Of a DNA stretch of 64,000 nucleotides, positions 18,175-26,609 are shown piece by piece (positions within the stretch are counted from its first letter, which is position 1; each line of letters begins with the position of its first letter). Source of the DNA: an uncultured Pseudomonadales bacterium (GTDB taxonomy: Bacteria > Patescibacteriota > Microgenomatia > UBA1400 > UBA12028). The DNA is taken from the NCBI GenBank assembly GCA_964635905.1, contig CAZWPK010000004.1:25012-89011 (forward strand). Reading direction: 5' to 3'. Both the position numbers and the translations under genes were made by a program. The notes beneath the pieces are model-generated. The model was not told the origin of the DNA. It was given only the letters and a program-made list of their open reading frames with translations, and ran no database searches.

Positions 18175-19430
18175 AGGATATCCACGCGCAAAATGAGCTC
18201 AACAAGTTGCGCCAGGAAATAGGAACAAAACAGCAATAAGAATCCAACCACCGCATTGGTGATGCGATGTTTTCCAGCTTCCTGACTTTGCGGATTACTA
18301 GCTCCGCCCAACATTTCAAAACCGCCCCAAATAATCATGGTAAACAAAATGAGTCCCGAGAAGGTGAACAGATAGGGAAGTGCGCGCGAAATTATTCCTC
18401 GGGGAGTTGTTAAGTCTGCATTGGGCTGGCCATTGAAAATTGCTTGATTGAGTTGGTCGAATGTATAAGCACTTGCACCAGACTCGCCGATGGCTGGGGC
18501 GGTTGGAAGAACAGTTGGCGGTGGGGTATTGGGACTTGCCGGGGCAGTTGCTGAACAACCAGATAAGCTATTATCTGCCCACCCACAACACAGCGCTCCC
18601 GGTTGCGGTGGAACGAACGGCGTATTAACTGCACAGCCGCAGGTTTCGGTTGCTGGGTTGTATGCCTGTCCACAAGACTTTGCCGGACGTGGAATAGTGG
18701 CAGGATCTTGACGTGCACAGTTATCATTGCCTCCATCCAGGTTTAGTGGATCATTCCAGCCACAGCAAATGCGACCTGACGGAAGTGTCTGCGTTCCATT
18801 GGCACAAATACAGTTTGTTGTAGCTTGTCTGCTAGCAGGGTATGATTCTCCACACACAGCCGGAACCGGAGCAGAAGAAGGTTCATTCTGGAGACAAATA
18901 CCTCGGCTATCTACCCATCCACAACAAAAGTTTTGGGTACCAAAATCATTTACTCCACTGCGACAGGTACACGAGGTGTTAGACATTCTTGGAATGATTG
19001 CCCCACAACTGGCATAGGAGGTTGGGGGAGTGGCAAAACAACTATCATTGGTAACTGTTCCGCAGCAGGTTTTGATAGTGTTGTCGGATTCATCGAGGTA
19101 GGATCCATTCGCAGGACAGCTGGGGTCACAGACGGCATTCGGTCTTTCGTTCGTGTATCCGCTGCCACAAGCAATGACTTCTGCTTCTCCAGCGCCCACA
19201 ATAGGCCGACACACAGCATTGGCTGTGCCTTTGTTTTCGATATACCCACAGCAATATCGATTAGGATCCGACGTTCCTCCAGAGTACTCAGCTTGACAGT
19301 CGGATGGACAGATATTTTGTGGTGCAGTATATTCCTGCCCACAGGTACCTGCGTATTGAGCTTGAGCAGATCCAGGAGAAACTCCAATAAACAAGAATAG
19401 CGAAAGAAGTACAATCCAACAATAACGCAT
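18171..19430 (-). CDS. Secreted Cys-repeat protein with a C-terminal VirB2/TrbC-like pilin domain
   Basis: Signal peptide, five 6-Cys modules, Pro linker, then 'LILFTMIIWGGFEML..EAGKHRITNAVVGFLL' two-helix pilin signature. Confidence 0.75.
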   Translation of the reverse strand: MRYCWIVLLSLFLFIGVSPGSAQAQYAGTCGQEYTAPQNICPSDCQAEYSGGTSDPNRYCCGYIENKGTANAVCRPIVGAGEAEVIACGSGYTNERPNAVCDPSCPANGSYLDESDNTIKTCCGTVTNDSCFATPPTSYASCGAIIPRMSNTSCTCRSGVNDFGTQNFCCGWVDSRGICLQNEPSSAPVPAVCGESYPASRQATTNCICANGTQTLPSGRICCGWNDPLNLDGGNDNCARQDPATIPRPAKSCGQAYNPATETCGCAVNTPFVPPQPGALCCGWADNSLSGCSATAPASPNTPPPTVLPTAPAIGESGASAYTFDQLNQAIFNGQPNADLTTPRGIISRALPYLFTFSGLILFTMIIWGGFEMLGGASNPQSQEAGKHRITNAVVGFLLLFCSYFLAQLVELILRVDIL

Positions 19431-19570
19431 ACAGCTTGATCCAGTGTAGCGTATTGCAAAAGTCAGCGAAAGAAGAGCAAACATCAGCGAATGGACTCTT
19501 GATAGTGGAACACATGGTCTCTTGCTATAATGAGGTGTTCTTTTCTTCCACTTAGAGAGTGAGATGTCCT

Positions 19571-20428
19571 ATGGAACAGCTGTTTACGTTGATTATTTAT
19601 CAGCCTTTTTTGAACATTTTAGTGTTCTTCTATTGGTTGCTCGGGGAAATTGGGATGAAGCCCGATATGGGTGTAGCGGTCATTCTGATGACCTTAGTGC
19701 TTCGGGTTGTAATGATTCCGCTCTCCATCGCCTCTGATCGCAGTGAACATGAACGCGAAGAAATAGGGCAACGGGCCCGGGAAATTCAAGAAAAGTATTC
19801 TTCAGACCCGGTGCGGATGAATCATGAGCTCAAGCTCATTATGCGGACCAAACCACGCATTTTGATTGCGGAGATGGTCGAGCTCTTTATCAACATTGTT
19901 ATTTTCTTTTTACTGTTGCGTCTCTTTAGCAGGGGACTGGAAGGAGCAGACCTGCATCTTTTGTATCCGATATTTCCCCACCCTCCTACACCATATAACT
20001 TAGTTTTCTTAGGGCGTTTTGATTTGACCCACCCCAATGTGTTCTTAAACTTGTTGCAGTCCTTTGTCATCTTGCTCGTCGAAGTGGCCGCAGAATACAC
20101 CTCTCCGTTTCGCAATATTTTGTCCTTACAGAAGAAAACAGAGGTTGTCAGTGTCAATCCGATTACTCGGACGGGAACGCGCTATGCCTACGAGACGCGA
20201 TCACGCATTCGGTCTCTACAATTCTTCTTACCCATCGTCTCGTTTCTCATTTTCATGTTTCTGCCTGCCGGCAAGAAACTCTTTATCGTGACGACCTTAC
20301 TTTTTAGTCTGTTTTTGATGCTCTTAAAGGCGATTCGGCGTTACTTTATTCAAGCGTTTCCCGCACCAGCCAGTGAACCAGAGCCCATCCCAACGAGTCC
20401 AGAAGCGCCGAGCTCTTCACATTCCTAA
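19571..20428 (+). CDS. yidC: YidC/Oxa1 membrane protein insertase
   Basis: 'YQPFLNIL', 'DMGVAVILMTLVLRVVMIPL', 'EIQEKY', 'FLGRFDL', 'LPAG'. Confidence 0.8.
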   Translation: MEQLFTLIIYQPFLNILVFFYWLLGEIGMKPDMGVAVILMTLVLRVVMIPLSIASDRSEHEREEIGQRAREIQEKYSSDPVRMNHELKLIMRTKPRILIAEMVELFINIVIFFLLLRLFSRGLEGADLHLLYPIFPHPPTPYNLVFLGRFDLTHPNVFLNLLQSFVILLVEVAAEYTSPFRNILSLQKKTEVVSVNPITRTGTRYAYETRSRIRSLQFFLPIVSFLIFMFLPAGKKLFIVTTLLFSLFLMLLKAIRRYFIQAFPAPASEPEPIPTSPEAPSSSHS

Positions 20429-20497
20429 TACGGGAAATTTTCAAGAAATATTCCAGATCACACAAAACAGTCAAAGTTCGTAGTACAATAGACGCCT

Positions 20498-21142
20498 ATG
20501 GAATTTGATCGCTTAGTTGTTTCTTTTTTGGTCGACGAGGTGGTCGGCGGATTTTTCATTTCCGTTCCACCGGGTCACGTAGCCTGTGTTTACGATCGGG
20601 GGCGCGGGGTTCTGCCCAAAGTCTGGGGACCAGGACTGCATTTAAAAATTCCATTCTGGCAGGTTGCCAAGATGTTTAACGCCCAAATCCTCGAATACAC
20701 GATTCGACGGGGTGTTACGGTCGATCACACCAATAAGGAAAGCTTAATGGATGAGACCATCATGACCACCAGTAAAGATGGACATGAACTGGAGATTGAA
20801 GCCTCCGTACTGTTTCGCATTGATAAGAAGAATGCTCCGGAACTATGGGAAAACATCGGAGAGAATCTGGTTAGTAAAGTGGTTCGTCCCACTTGCCGAA
20901 GTAGAATGGCAGCTGTTTTTGCCTCCTTAACCACCCAAGAGATCAAGGCAAACCGAACAAGTATTGAAGACGCCCTCAAAGAAGAGATTAATTCCTATTT
21001 TCACGATAAGGGTTTGAACTGCGAAGGTGTACTTTTGTCTCAAGTACGCGTGCGCCACGGTGATGACATTGTCAGACCATTGATTGCTGCCGACGTCAAA
21101 TCCATTTTGGATCCGGAAGTGGTGATCCATCAGGCATCCTAA
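20498..21142 (+). CDS. SPFH/prohibitin family protein
   Basis: 'VPPGHVACVY..GPGLHLKIPF', 'SKDG', 'VVRP..RS'. Confidence 0.88.
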   Translation: MEFDRLVVSFLVDEVVGGFFISVPPGHVACVYDRGRGVLPKVWGPGLHLKIPFWQVAKMFNAQILEYTIRRGVTVDHTNKESLMDETIMTTSKDGHELEIEASVLFRIDKKNAPELWENIGENLVSKVVRPTCRSRMAAVFASLTTQEIKANRTSIEDALKEEINSYFHDKGLNCEGVLLSQVRVRHGDDIVRPLIAADVKSILDPEVVIHQAS

Positions 21143-21147
21143 TAGGC

Positions 21148-21221
21148 TTAGCACTCCAAAATTCCTATTGACAATGCGCAAGACTTCGCTAAAAATAGCA
21201 CTTGCATTACGTGAGTGATAA
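21148..21221 (+). promoter_or_regulatory. groESL promoter with CIRCE
   Basis: Half site TTAGCACTC 21148-21156; TTGACA 21168-21173; ATAGCACTT-N9-GAGTGATAA 21195-21221. Confidence 0.85.
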
Positions 21222-21377
21222 AACTTCATTGCTCACAGTTTTAAGGTTAATGTACCAAACTGTAACACGCCACTTCTTAATTTCTAAAGTCGTGGTATTG
21301 TATCGGTTCAGAGTATCGTAACAGTAATAGAAAAGGATGTTGGCTTTTAAAGCACGCATCTTTGTAGGAGGATGACT

Positions 21378-21686
21378 ATGACACTATCCGTGTCTGCAAT
21401 TAAACCCATGCCAGGCTATGTCTTAGTAGAGCCGGCAAAATCCCAAAAGCAAACAGAATCCGGAATCTATCTTCCGGATTCGCATGATGAAAAAGCCCAA
21501 CACGGCACCGTCGTTGCCCTTGGATCCGATACTACGGATGAAAAAGGCAATAAGGTTATTTCCCCAGTCAAGAAGGGTGACATGGTCATCTACAAGCAGT
21601 GGGGCGGAAACGCATTCAAACTGGGTGACACGGAATATCAATTTTTCAAATTTGAAGACGTATTAGCAACAATTTCAACGAAATAA
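21378..21686 (+). CDS. groES: Co-chaperonin GroES
   Basis: 'IKP..GYVLV', 'TESGIYLPDS', 'GTVVALG'; AGGAGG SD 6 nt before ATG 21378. Confidence 0.95.
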   Translation: MTLSVSAIKPMPGYVLVEPAKSQKQTESGIYLPDSHDEKAQHGTVVALGSDTTDEKGNKVISPVKKGDMVIYKQWGGNAFKLGDTEYQFFKFEDVLATISTK

Positions 21687-21694
21687 GGGGGATT

Positions 21695-23326
21695 ATGGCT
21701 GCAAAACAATTACTTTTTAACGATGACGCTCAGCAAAAAATGCTGGTCGGAATCAAAAAACTCTCCGATGCGGTAGTAACCACACTTGGACCTCGAGGCG
21801 GAAACGTCGCCATCGATAAGTCCTGGGGTGCTCCAACCGTCGTCCACGATGGAGTTTCGGTTGCCAAGGAAATTAGTCTTCCCGATCCATTTGAGAACAT
21901 GGGAGCCCAATTAGTCCGTGAAGCCGCCAGTCGAACCAACGATGCAGCTGGAGACGGAACCACCACCGCAACCTTACTTGCCCATCACATTACGGCTCTT
22001 GGGATGAAGAACATCGCTGCCGGTGCCAATGCAATGTTGCTTAAAAAGGGAATTGATCGTGCGGTAACGGCAGTTGTCGATCAAATTAGTGCCGTTGCCA
22101 AACCCGTCAAACAAGAAGAATGGGTGAAAGTAGCCACCATTAGTGCTCAAAATGAAGTCATCGGTGAAAAAATTGCCGAAGCCCTCAAATTGGTCGGTAA
22201 AGATGGTGTGGTCACGGTAGAAGAAGGAAAGACATCCGATATCGAGATCCTGCATACCGCTGGTATGTCGTTTGATCGTGGATATGCGTCCCACTACTTT
22301 GTGACCAACTCCGATGCCATGGAAGCAGTTTTAGAAGATCCGTATATCTTGATCACTGATCAAAAGATCAGTTCTATTCAAGATCTGTTACCCTTCTTGG
22401 AAAAACTCATGAAGTTGAGTAAAACCCTGGTGATCATCGCCGATGATATCGATGGGGAAGCCTTGGCAACCTTGGTTGTCAACAAAATGCGTGGTGTCTT
22501 TAACGTCTTGGCTATCAAAGCTCCTGGCTTTGGTGACCGACGCAAAGCGATGCTCCAAGATATTGCCGTGTTGACCGGTGGACAATTCATTTCTGCCGAT
22601 ACCGGACGCAAATTGGATTCCGTTTCCCCAGAAGACTGTGGACGTGCGGATTCTGTGTCTGCTACCAAAGATTTGACCACCATTGTGGGTGGCAAAGGCA
22701 AGAAACAAGACATTGATGCTAGAGTCGCTCAAATTCGCAAAGAAGTCGATCGCACCTCCTCGGAATTTGACAAAGAGAAACTCGAAGAACGACTCGCCAA
22801 ACTCACCGGTGGAGTTGCAGTCATCAAAGTGGGTGCTGCATCTGAGATAGAGATGAAGGAGCTCAAAGAGCGCGTCATCGATGCCAAAGAAGCAACTCGA
22901 GCAGCCATTGAGGAAGGTGTTATTCCTGGAGGTGGAGTCACATTCCTCCACGCTTCTAAGGTCCTCGACAAGATGACAGCCGACGATGAAGACGAAGCTA
23001 CTGGAATCAAGATCGTCAAAGAAGCATTGCGTATGCCAATCCGCAAGCTCGCTGAGAACAGTGGATCCGATGGTGGAGAAGTCCTCTATCAACTCCTCGA
23101 GAAAAATGACAAGGAATGGGGATTTAACGCTAGTACACGAAAGTTTGGCAACATGATCAAAGAAGGTGTCATTGATCCCGCTAAAGTCGCCAAACACGCA
23201 CTGCGCAATGCTGCATCCGTGGCAACCATGATCCTGACCACCAAAGTCCTGATTACGGACATCAAGGAGCCCAAAGCTGCTCCAGCTGGTGGACCAGGCG
23301 GAATGGATGGAATGGGAATGATGTAA
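21695..23326 (+). CDS. groEL: Chaperonin GroEL
   Basis: 'TLGPRG', 'GDGTTT', 'APGFGDRRK', GGM tail. Confidence 0.99.
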   Translation: MAAKQLLFNDDAQQKMLVGIKKLSDAVVTTLGPRGGNVAIDKSWGAPTVVHDGVSVAKEISLPDPFENMGAQLVREAASRTNDAAGDGTTTATLLAHHITALGMKNIAAGANAMLLKKGIDRAVTAVVDQISAVAKPVKQEEWVKVATISAQNEVIGEKIAEALKLVGKDGVVTVEEGKTSDIEILHTAGMSFDRGYASHYFVTNSDAMEAVLEDPYILITDQKISSIQDLLPFLEKLMKLSKTLVIIADDIDGEALATLVVNKMRGVFNVLAIKAPGFGDRRKAMLQDIAVLTGGQFISADTGRKLDSVSPEDCGRADSVSATKDLTTIVGGKGKKQDIDARVAQIRKEVDRTSSEFDKEKLEERLAKLTGGVAVIKVGAASEIEMKELKERVIDAKEATRAAIEEGVIPGGGVTFLHASKVLDKMTADDEDEATGIKIVKEALRMPIRKLAENSGSDGGEVLYQLLEKNDKEWGFNASTRKFGNMIKEGVIDPAKVAKHALRNAASVATMILTTKVLITDIKEPKAAPAGGPGGMDGMGMM

Positions 23327-23357
23327 TCGGATTCCATAACCAAGAAGATCGAAGTTT

Positions 23358-23390
23358 AAAAAGCCCTCAAGCTAATCCTTGGGGGCTTTT
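23358..23390 (+). terminator. groESL terminator
   Basis: AAAAGCCCTCAAG-CTAATC-CTTGGGGGCTTTT. Confidence 0.85.
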
Positions 23391-23406
23391 GGTATGATGG
23401 GTAGAT

Positions 23407-23943
23407 ATGGCAACAGATGCAGACACAATGAACAGACTTATACGAGAACGATGGCTAACAGACTTTGAAGGGAGAACGGAACAGCTTGTTCTTGATCTGG
23501 CAGAGGATCGTCCACTTGAGGATTCAACGATCCAAAAATGGATTAAAGACTATCTGTTTTTGCGGAGTGTCGAAGAGGAAATGAACACGGAACCTGCGGA
23601 TACAAGCTCCAGTCTTGAACGAAAAATTGCTCGAGCAAAGACAGATTTTCAAACCAAACTACTGACTGAAGAACTACAGAAAATTGGATTGGCCAGTCCG
23701 GTGATCCTGGACTATCTAAAAAGAGAACATACTGTTGTTGAGTCGAATGGCTTGTATGCAGCTCGAAACATCACTCCCACCACGCTTCAAAAGCAAGCTC
23801 TTTCGGTCGGTGGCACGCTGACTACTGCGGAAGCAATCTATGTCGTGCTCGATGCACTCACAACGAAACTGGAGTCTATCGCTAAACCAGATACCCTTCG
23901 TTCAAGATGGCAAAAACTGCTTGTCCAGGCCACCCGAGTATAA
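23407..23943 (+). CDS. Hypothetical helical protein
   Basis: 178 aa; TGGTATGAT 8 nt before ATG. Confidence 0.65.
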   Translation: MATDADTMNRLIRERWLTDFEGRTEQLVLDLAEDRPLEDSTIQKWIKDYLFLRSVEEEMNTEPADTSSSLERKIARAKTDFQTKLLTEELQKIGLASPVILDYLKREHTVVESNGLYAARNITPTTLQKQALSVGGTLTTAEAIYVVLDALTTKLESIAKPDTLRSRWQKLLVQATRV

Positions 23944-24268
23944 GCTTCACAGTCCAAGCAGTCCGTTGCTTCTTCGACAGTGAAAATGGAACGGTACTCA
24001 ACCTTTGTGGGTTGACCGTTTCGCAGCTCCTTGCTTCTGCGGGAGTTGAGCAGTTATACGGACCCGATGGTGCCGTAGCCGCCTTCCAGGAGCACCACCG
24101 CTTCACGCACATTCAAGAGGGCTGCGTTTATCGCTCGGCGTTTGGTCAGTAATATCAGTTTTCTCGTTTTGTTTTTTGAGCAAGGGGCGGTCAGGAGACC
24201 GCCCCTTAACCTTAGGCCAGCACTGTATAGTTGCGAGCTTAAGATTAAGGTTTGCTATCATTGCTCTC

Positions 24269-24877
24269 ATGAATATTACTTCTATCTATTTCCACTATAA
24301 AATTCCACTCAACCTAGAACGTCATATGCTGCAGGTAACTGCGGTAGGGATGTTTGTATGTGATGCCTGGAATGGTCCGGTTATAAACCGAGATCTTATT
24401 CGTTCTGCCTTACTCCTCCACGACATGGGAAATATCCTCAAATTTAAGCGACCTTTTCTAGGGGAACTTGAGGACAATGCTGCGTATTGGGAACAGGTCC
24501 GAGAGGACTATCAAGCCAAGTATGGAACAGATGTGCAGCAGGCAACGCTAGCTATTGTTCAAGAGTTAGGACTATCCGATGTGTACAATCTTCTTGTGGA
24601 AATGCGATCCGCCTGGGAACAGGAGGCAGTGGTCTCTTGGGAAACTCGGATCTGTGAGTATGCGGACTGTTGCGTCACACCCAATGGCATTGAAGGTTTT
24701 GAAACACGGATTACTGATCTAAAGAACCGCTATGATCTCGAAGAAAGTTCAACAACCATCGTACTTCTTCGAAAAAATGCAGAAATGGTTAAGGAACATG
24801 TTTCAAGTGAAGTATTAACTCTTCAGACTCAGGATTTCTCTACTGAAATGAAACGCTTAAAAGAAGTGGAAGTGTAG
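24269..24877 (+). CDS. HD-domain phosphohydrolase
   Basis: 'RHML', 'LLHDMGN', 'EYAD'; start 7 nt after TATCAT. Confidence 0.8.
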   Translation: MNITSIYFHYKIPLNLERHMLQVTAVGMFVCDAWNGPVINRDLIRSALLLHDMGNILKFKRPFLGELEDNAAYWEQVREDYQAKYGTDVQQATLAIVQELGLSDVYNLLVEMRSAWEQEAVVSWETRICEYADCCVTPNGIEGFETRITDLKNRYDLEESSTTIVLLRKNAEMVKEHVSSEVLTLQTQDFSTEMKRLKEVEV

Positions 24878-24879
24878 GG

Positions 24880-24952
24880 TGTCAGGGGCGGGCTTCGATC
24901 CCGCGACCGCCACGTTATGAATGTGGTGCTCTACCAGCTGAGCTACCCTGAC
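24880..24952 (-). tRNA. tRNA with CAU anticodon (elongator Met or Ile2)
   Basis: GTCAGGG/CCCTGAC acceptor, CCACA-TTCATAA-CGTGG, T-loop ATCGAAG; CCA not fully encoded. Confidence 0.88.
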
Positions 24953-25030
24953 AATGAGTGTTGCCTAGTTTTGCCAGACAAAGTACTATTTTATACCATC
25001 AATCCGCCTTTGCGGCGGATTGAAATCATG

Positions 25031-25100
25031 TTGCGGGGCAAGGAGTCGAACCTTGTCTGCGAGATTATGAGCCTCACGTGCAGCCGTACACTACCCCGCG
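25031..25100 (-). tRNA. Initiator tRNA-fMet (CAU), atypical
   Basis: CGCGGGG/CCCCGCA acceptor with C1:A72 mismatch, CTCATAA loop, TTCGACT T-loop. Confidence 0.88.
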
Positions 25101-25155
25101 CGCAAGGGTACTATCGTACCACGAAGATTCTCTCTGGACAACCTGGTGTCATGTG

Positions 25156-25539
25156 TTAGTTTGAGGGGGTAGATGATGGGGAGGCTATCTGAAGAATGGT
25201 CTCTCCAGGAAGCTGCATGCGCAGTTCTTCGCGAATGATTTTCTCCTTGGCATAGGAGGAGTTGGATTCCTCGAGTTCTTGAATCAACTGCATCCCTCGG
25301 GTTTCTTCAGTCGAAAGTTGTTCTTCTGCCTGGGTTTTCCGTTCGACGACTTGGCGTACGCTTAGTCCAGAACGGATCAACCCAATCCCCACAAAGAGGC
25401 AAGCGAGCGTCCAAATGCCAATAATCAAAGGATGAGTAAGAAACCGTTGCCATCCCAATGGTGTTGATTGAAACGAAGAACTACTTGATCTTCTACGGTG
25501 AAGTACTCGTCGATAATCGGCAAAAGAGGAGGTAGCCAT
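25156..25539 (-). CDS. FtsB/DivIC-like septum formation initiator
   Basis: Single TM, coiled coil, 'EKIIREELRMQLPGETI'. Confidence 0.8.
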   Translation of the reverse strand: MATSSFADYRRVLHRRRSSSSSFQSTPLGWQRFLTHPLIIGIWTLACLFVGIGLIRSGLSVRQVVERKTQAEEQLSTEETRGMQLIQELEESNSSYAKEKIIREELRMQLPGETILQIASPSSTPSN

Positions 25540-25555
25540 AGTTACAGACTTGTCA

Positions 25556-25584
25556 TTGACGCTAAACCTTAAAATTGTTATTAT
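25556..25584 (+). promoter_or_regulatory. Putative sigma70 promoter of the xer gene
   Basis: TTGACG-N17-TATTAT. Confidence 0.55.
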
Positions 25585-25645
25585 AAGACATTGAAAATCT
25601 GATCTTTGGATCAGTATACCGTACAAATCAATTAGAAAGCATTTC

Positions 25646-26521
25646 ATGGACGACTCACGGACGTTACTCGAATTCCATCAGCAATTTTTGCAGGACTTAA
25701 AGGCCAAAGGCCGAGCCAGTGCCACAGTGATTGCCTATGGGAAAGATATCGAACAATTCTTAGAATTCCTCCAGAAACGCGAAGGGAAACAACTTCCTTC
25801 GGATGTTTCCTCAGAGGATATTGAGGAATTTAAGAAGAATCTCTCTGGAGAACGCTATACCGATAAGTCGATCTACCGCAAAATTAACTCTATCAAGTCC
25901 TATTTTCGATTTTTGCGCACTACTGGCGTGATCACGGAAAACCCGGCTAACTCGGTTTCCCATCCTAAATATGAGCTTTCAGAGCCTCGAGTGCTGACCA
26001 AATTAGAATATCGCGCCCTCCGTGATGCCTGTCGAGCGGACAAGCGTATTTCCACGATCGTGGAAGTTTTGCTGCAAACCGGGATGCGGATCAGTGAATT
26101 GGCAAACCTTGAGGTTGAAGATGTTAATCTGGATCAGCGTCAGGTGCATATTAAACCCCAGGAATCCCATCCTGGTCGCATTGTGCCTTTAAACAACGCC
26201 GCAATTACGGCACTTCGAGAATATCTCGAAATTCGACCCAAAACACGTCAAAAAACCCTGTTTGTGACGAAAACCTGTCGACCATTCTTGGTTCGCAACA
26301 TTCGTACGGCTATTGATCGGTATTTCCGCTTGGCTGGAATTAAGGATGCGAAGGTCAACGACCTCCGTCATACCTTCATTGTGCAGCAGCTAGCAGCCGG
26401 AACACCTCTGGTGTACGTCAGTCAGCTCGTAGGACACAAACGCATCACCACCACAGAAAAATACCTAAAACTTCTCCAGACTCCTGATTTTCAGACAGAG
26501 ATCAAAGTCGAAGAACTCTAA
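25646..26521 (+). CDS. XerC/XerD-like tyrosine recombinase
   Basis: SAM-like N domain; 'TGMRISEL', 'NDLRHTF', 'LVGH', 'TTEKY'; next to ftsK. Confidence 0.9.
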   Translation: MDDSRTLLEFHQQFLQDLKAKGRASATVIAYGKDIEQFLEFLQKREGKQLPSDVSSEDIEEFKKNLSGERYTDKSIYRKINSIKSYFRFLRTTGVITENPANSVSHPKYELSEPRVLTKLEYRALRDACRADKRISTIVEVLLQTGMRISELANLEVEDVNLDQRQVHIKPQESHPGRIVPLNNAAITALREYLEIRPKTRQKTLFVTKTCRPFLVRNIRTAIDRYFRLAGIKDAKVNDLRHTFIVQQLAAGTPLVYVSQLVGHKRITTTEKYLKLLQTPDFQTEIKVEEL

Positions 26522-26609
26522 CCACGGGCTGTTTTCGTTGCTCCACTCCCTAGTCCTATCGACGAATCTTGGCTATAATGAAAGTTCTAGTGTAGAGTAG
26601 AGGATACTT

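Noticed and set aside
22388-23197. Long antisense ORFs over groEL, ftsK, rpoBC, fusA and r-protein genes
   Set aside because: Expected codon-bias shadows of conserved genes.
23944-24210. tmRNA, RNase P, SRP or group I intron identity; ORFs 23882-24112 and 23907-24152
   Set aside because: Hallmark sequences are absent (the minus-strand ATAACTGC is not followed by a tag ending in Ala residues); the ORFs overlap a neighbour and lack start signals.
24999-25023. Hairpin TCAATCCGCC-TTTGC-GGCGGATTGA between the CAU tRNAs
   Set aside because: Most simply a terminator or processing stem for the initiator tRNA.
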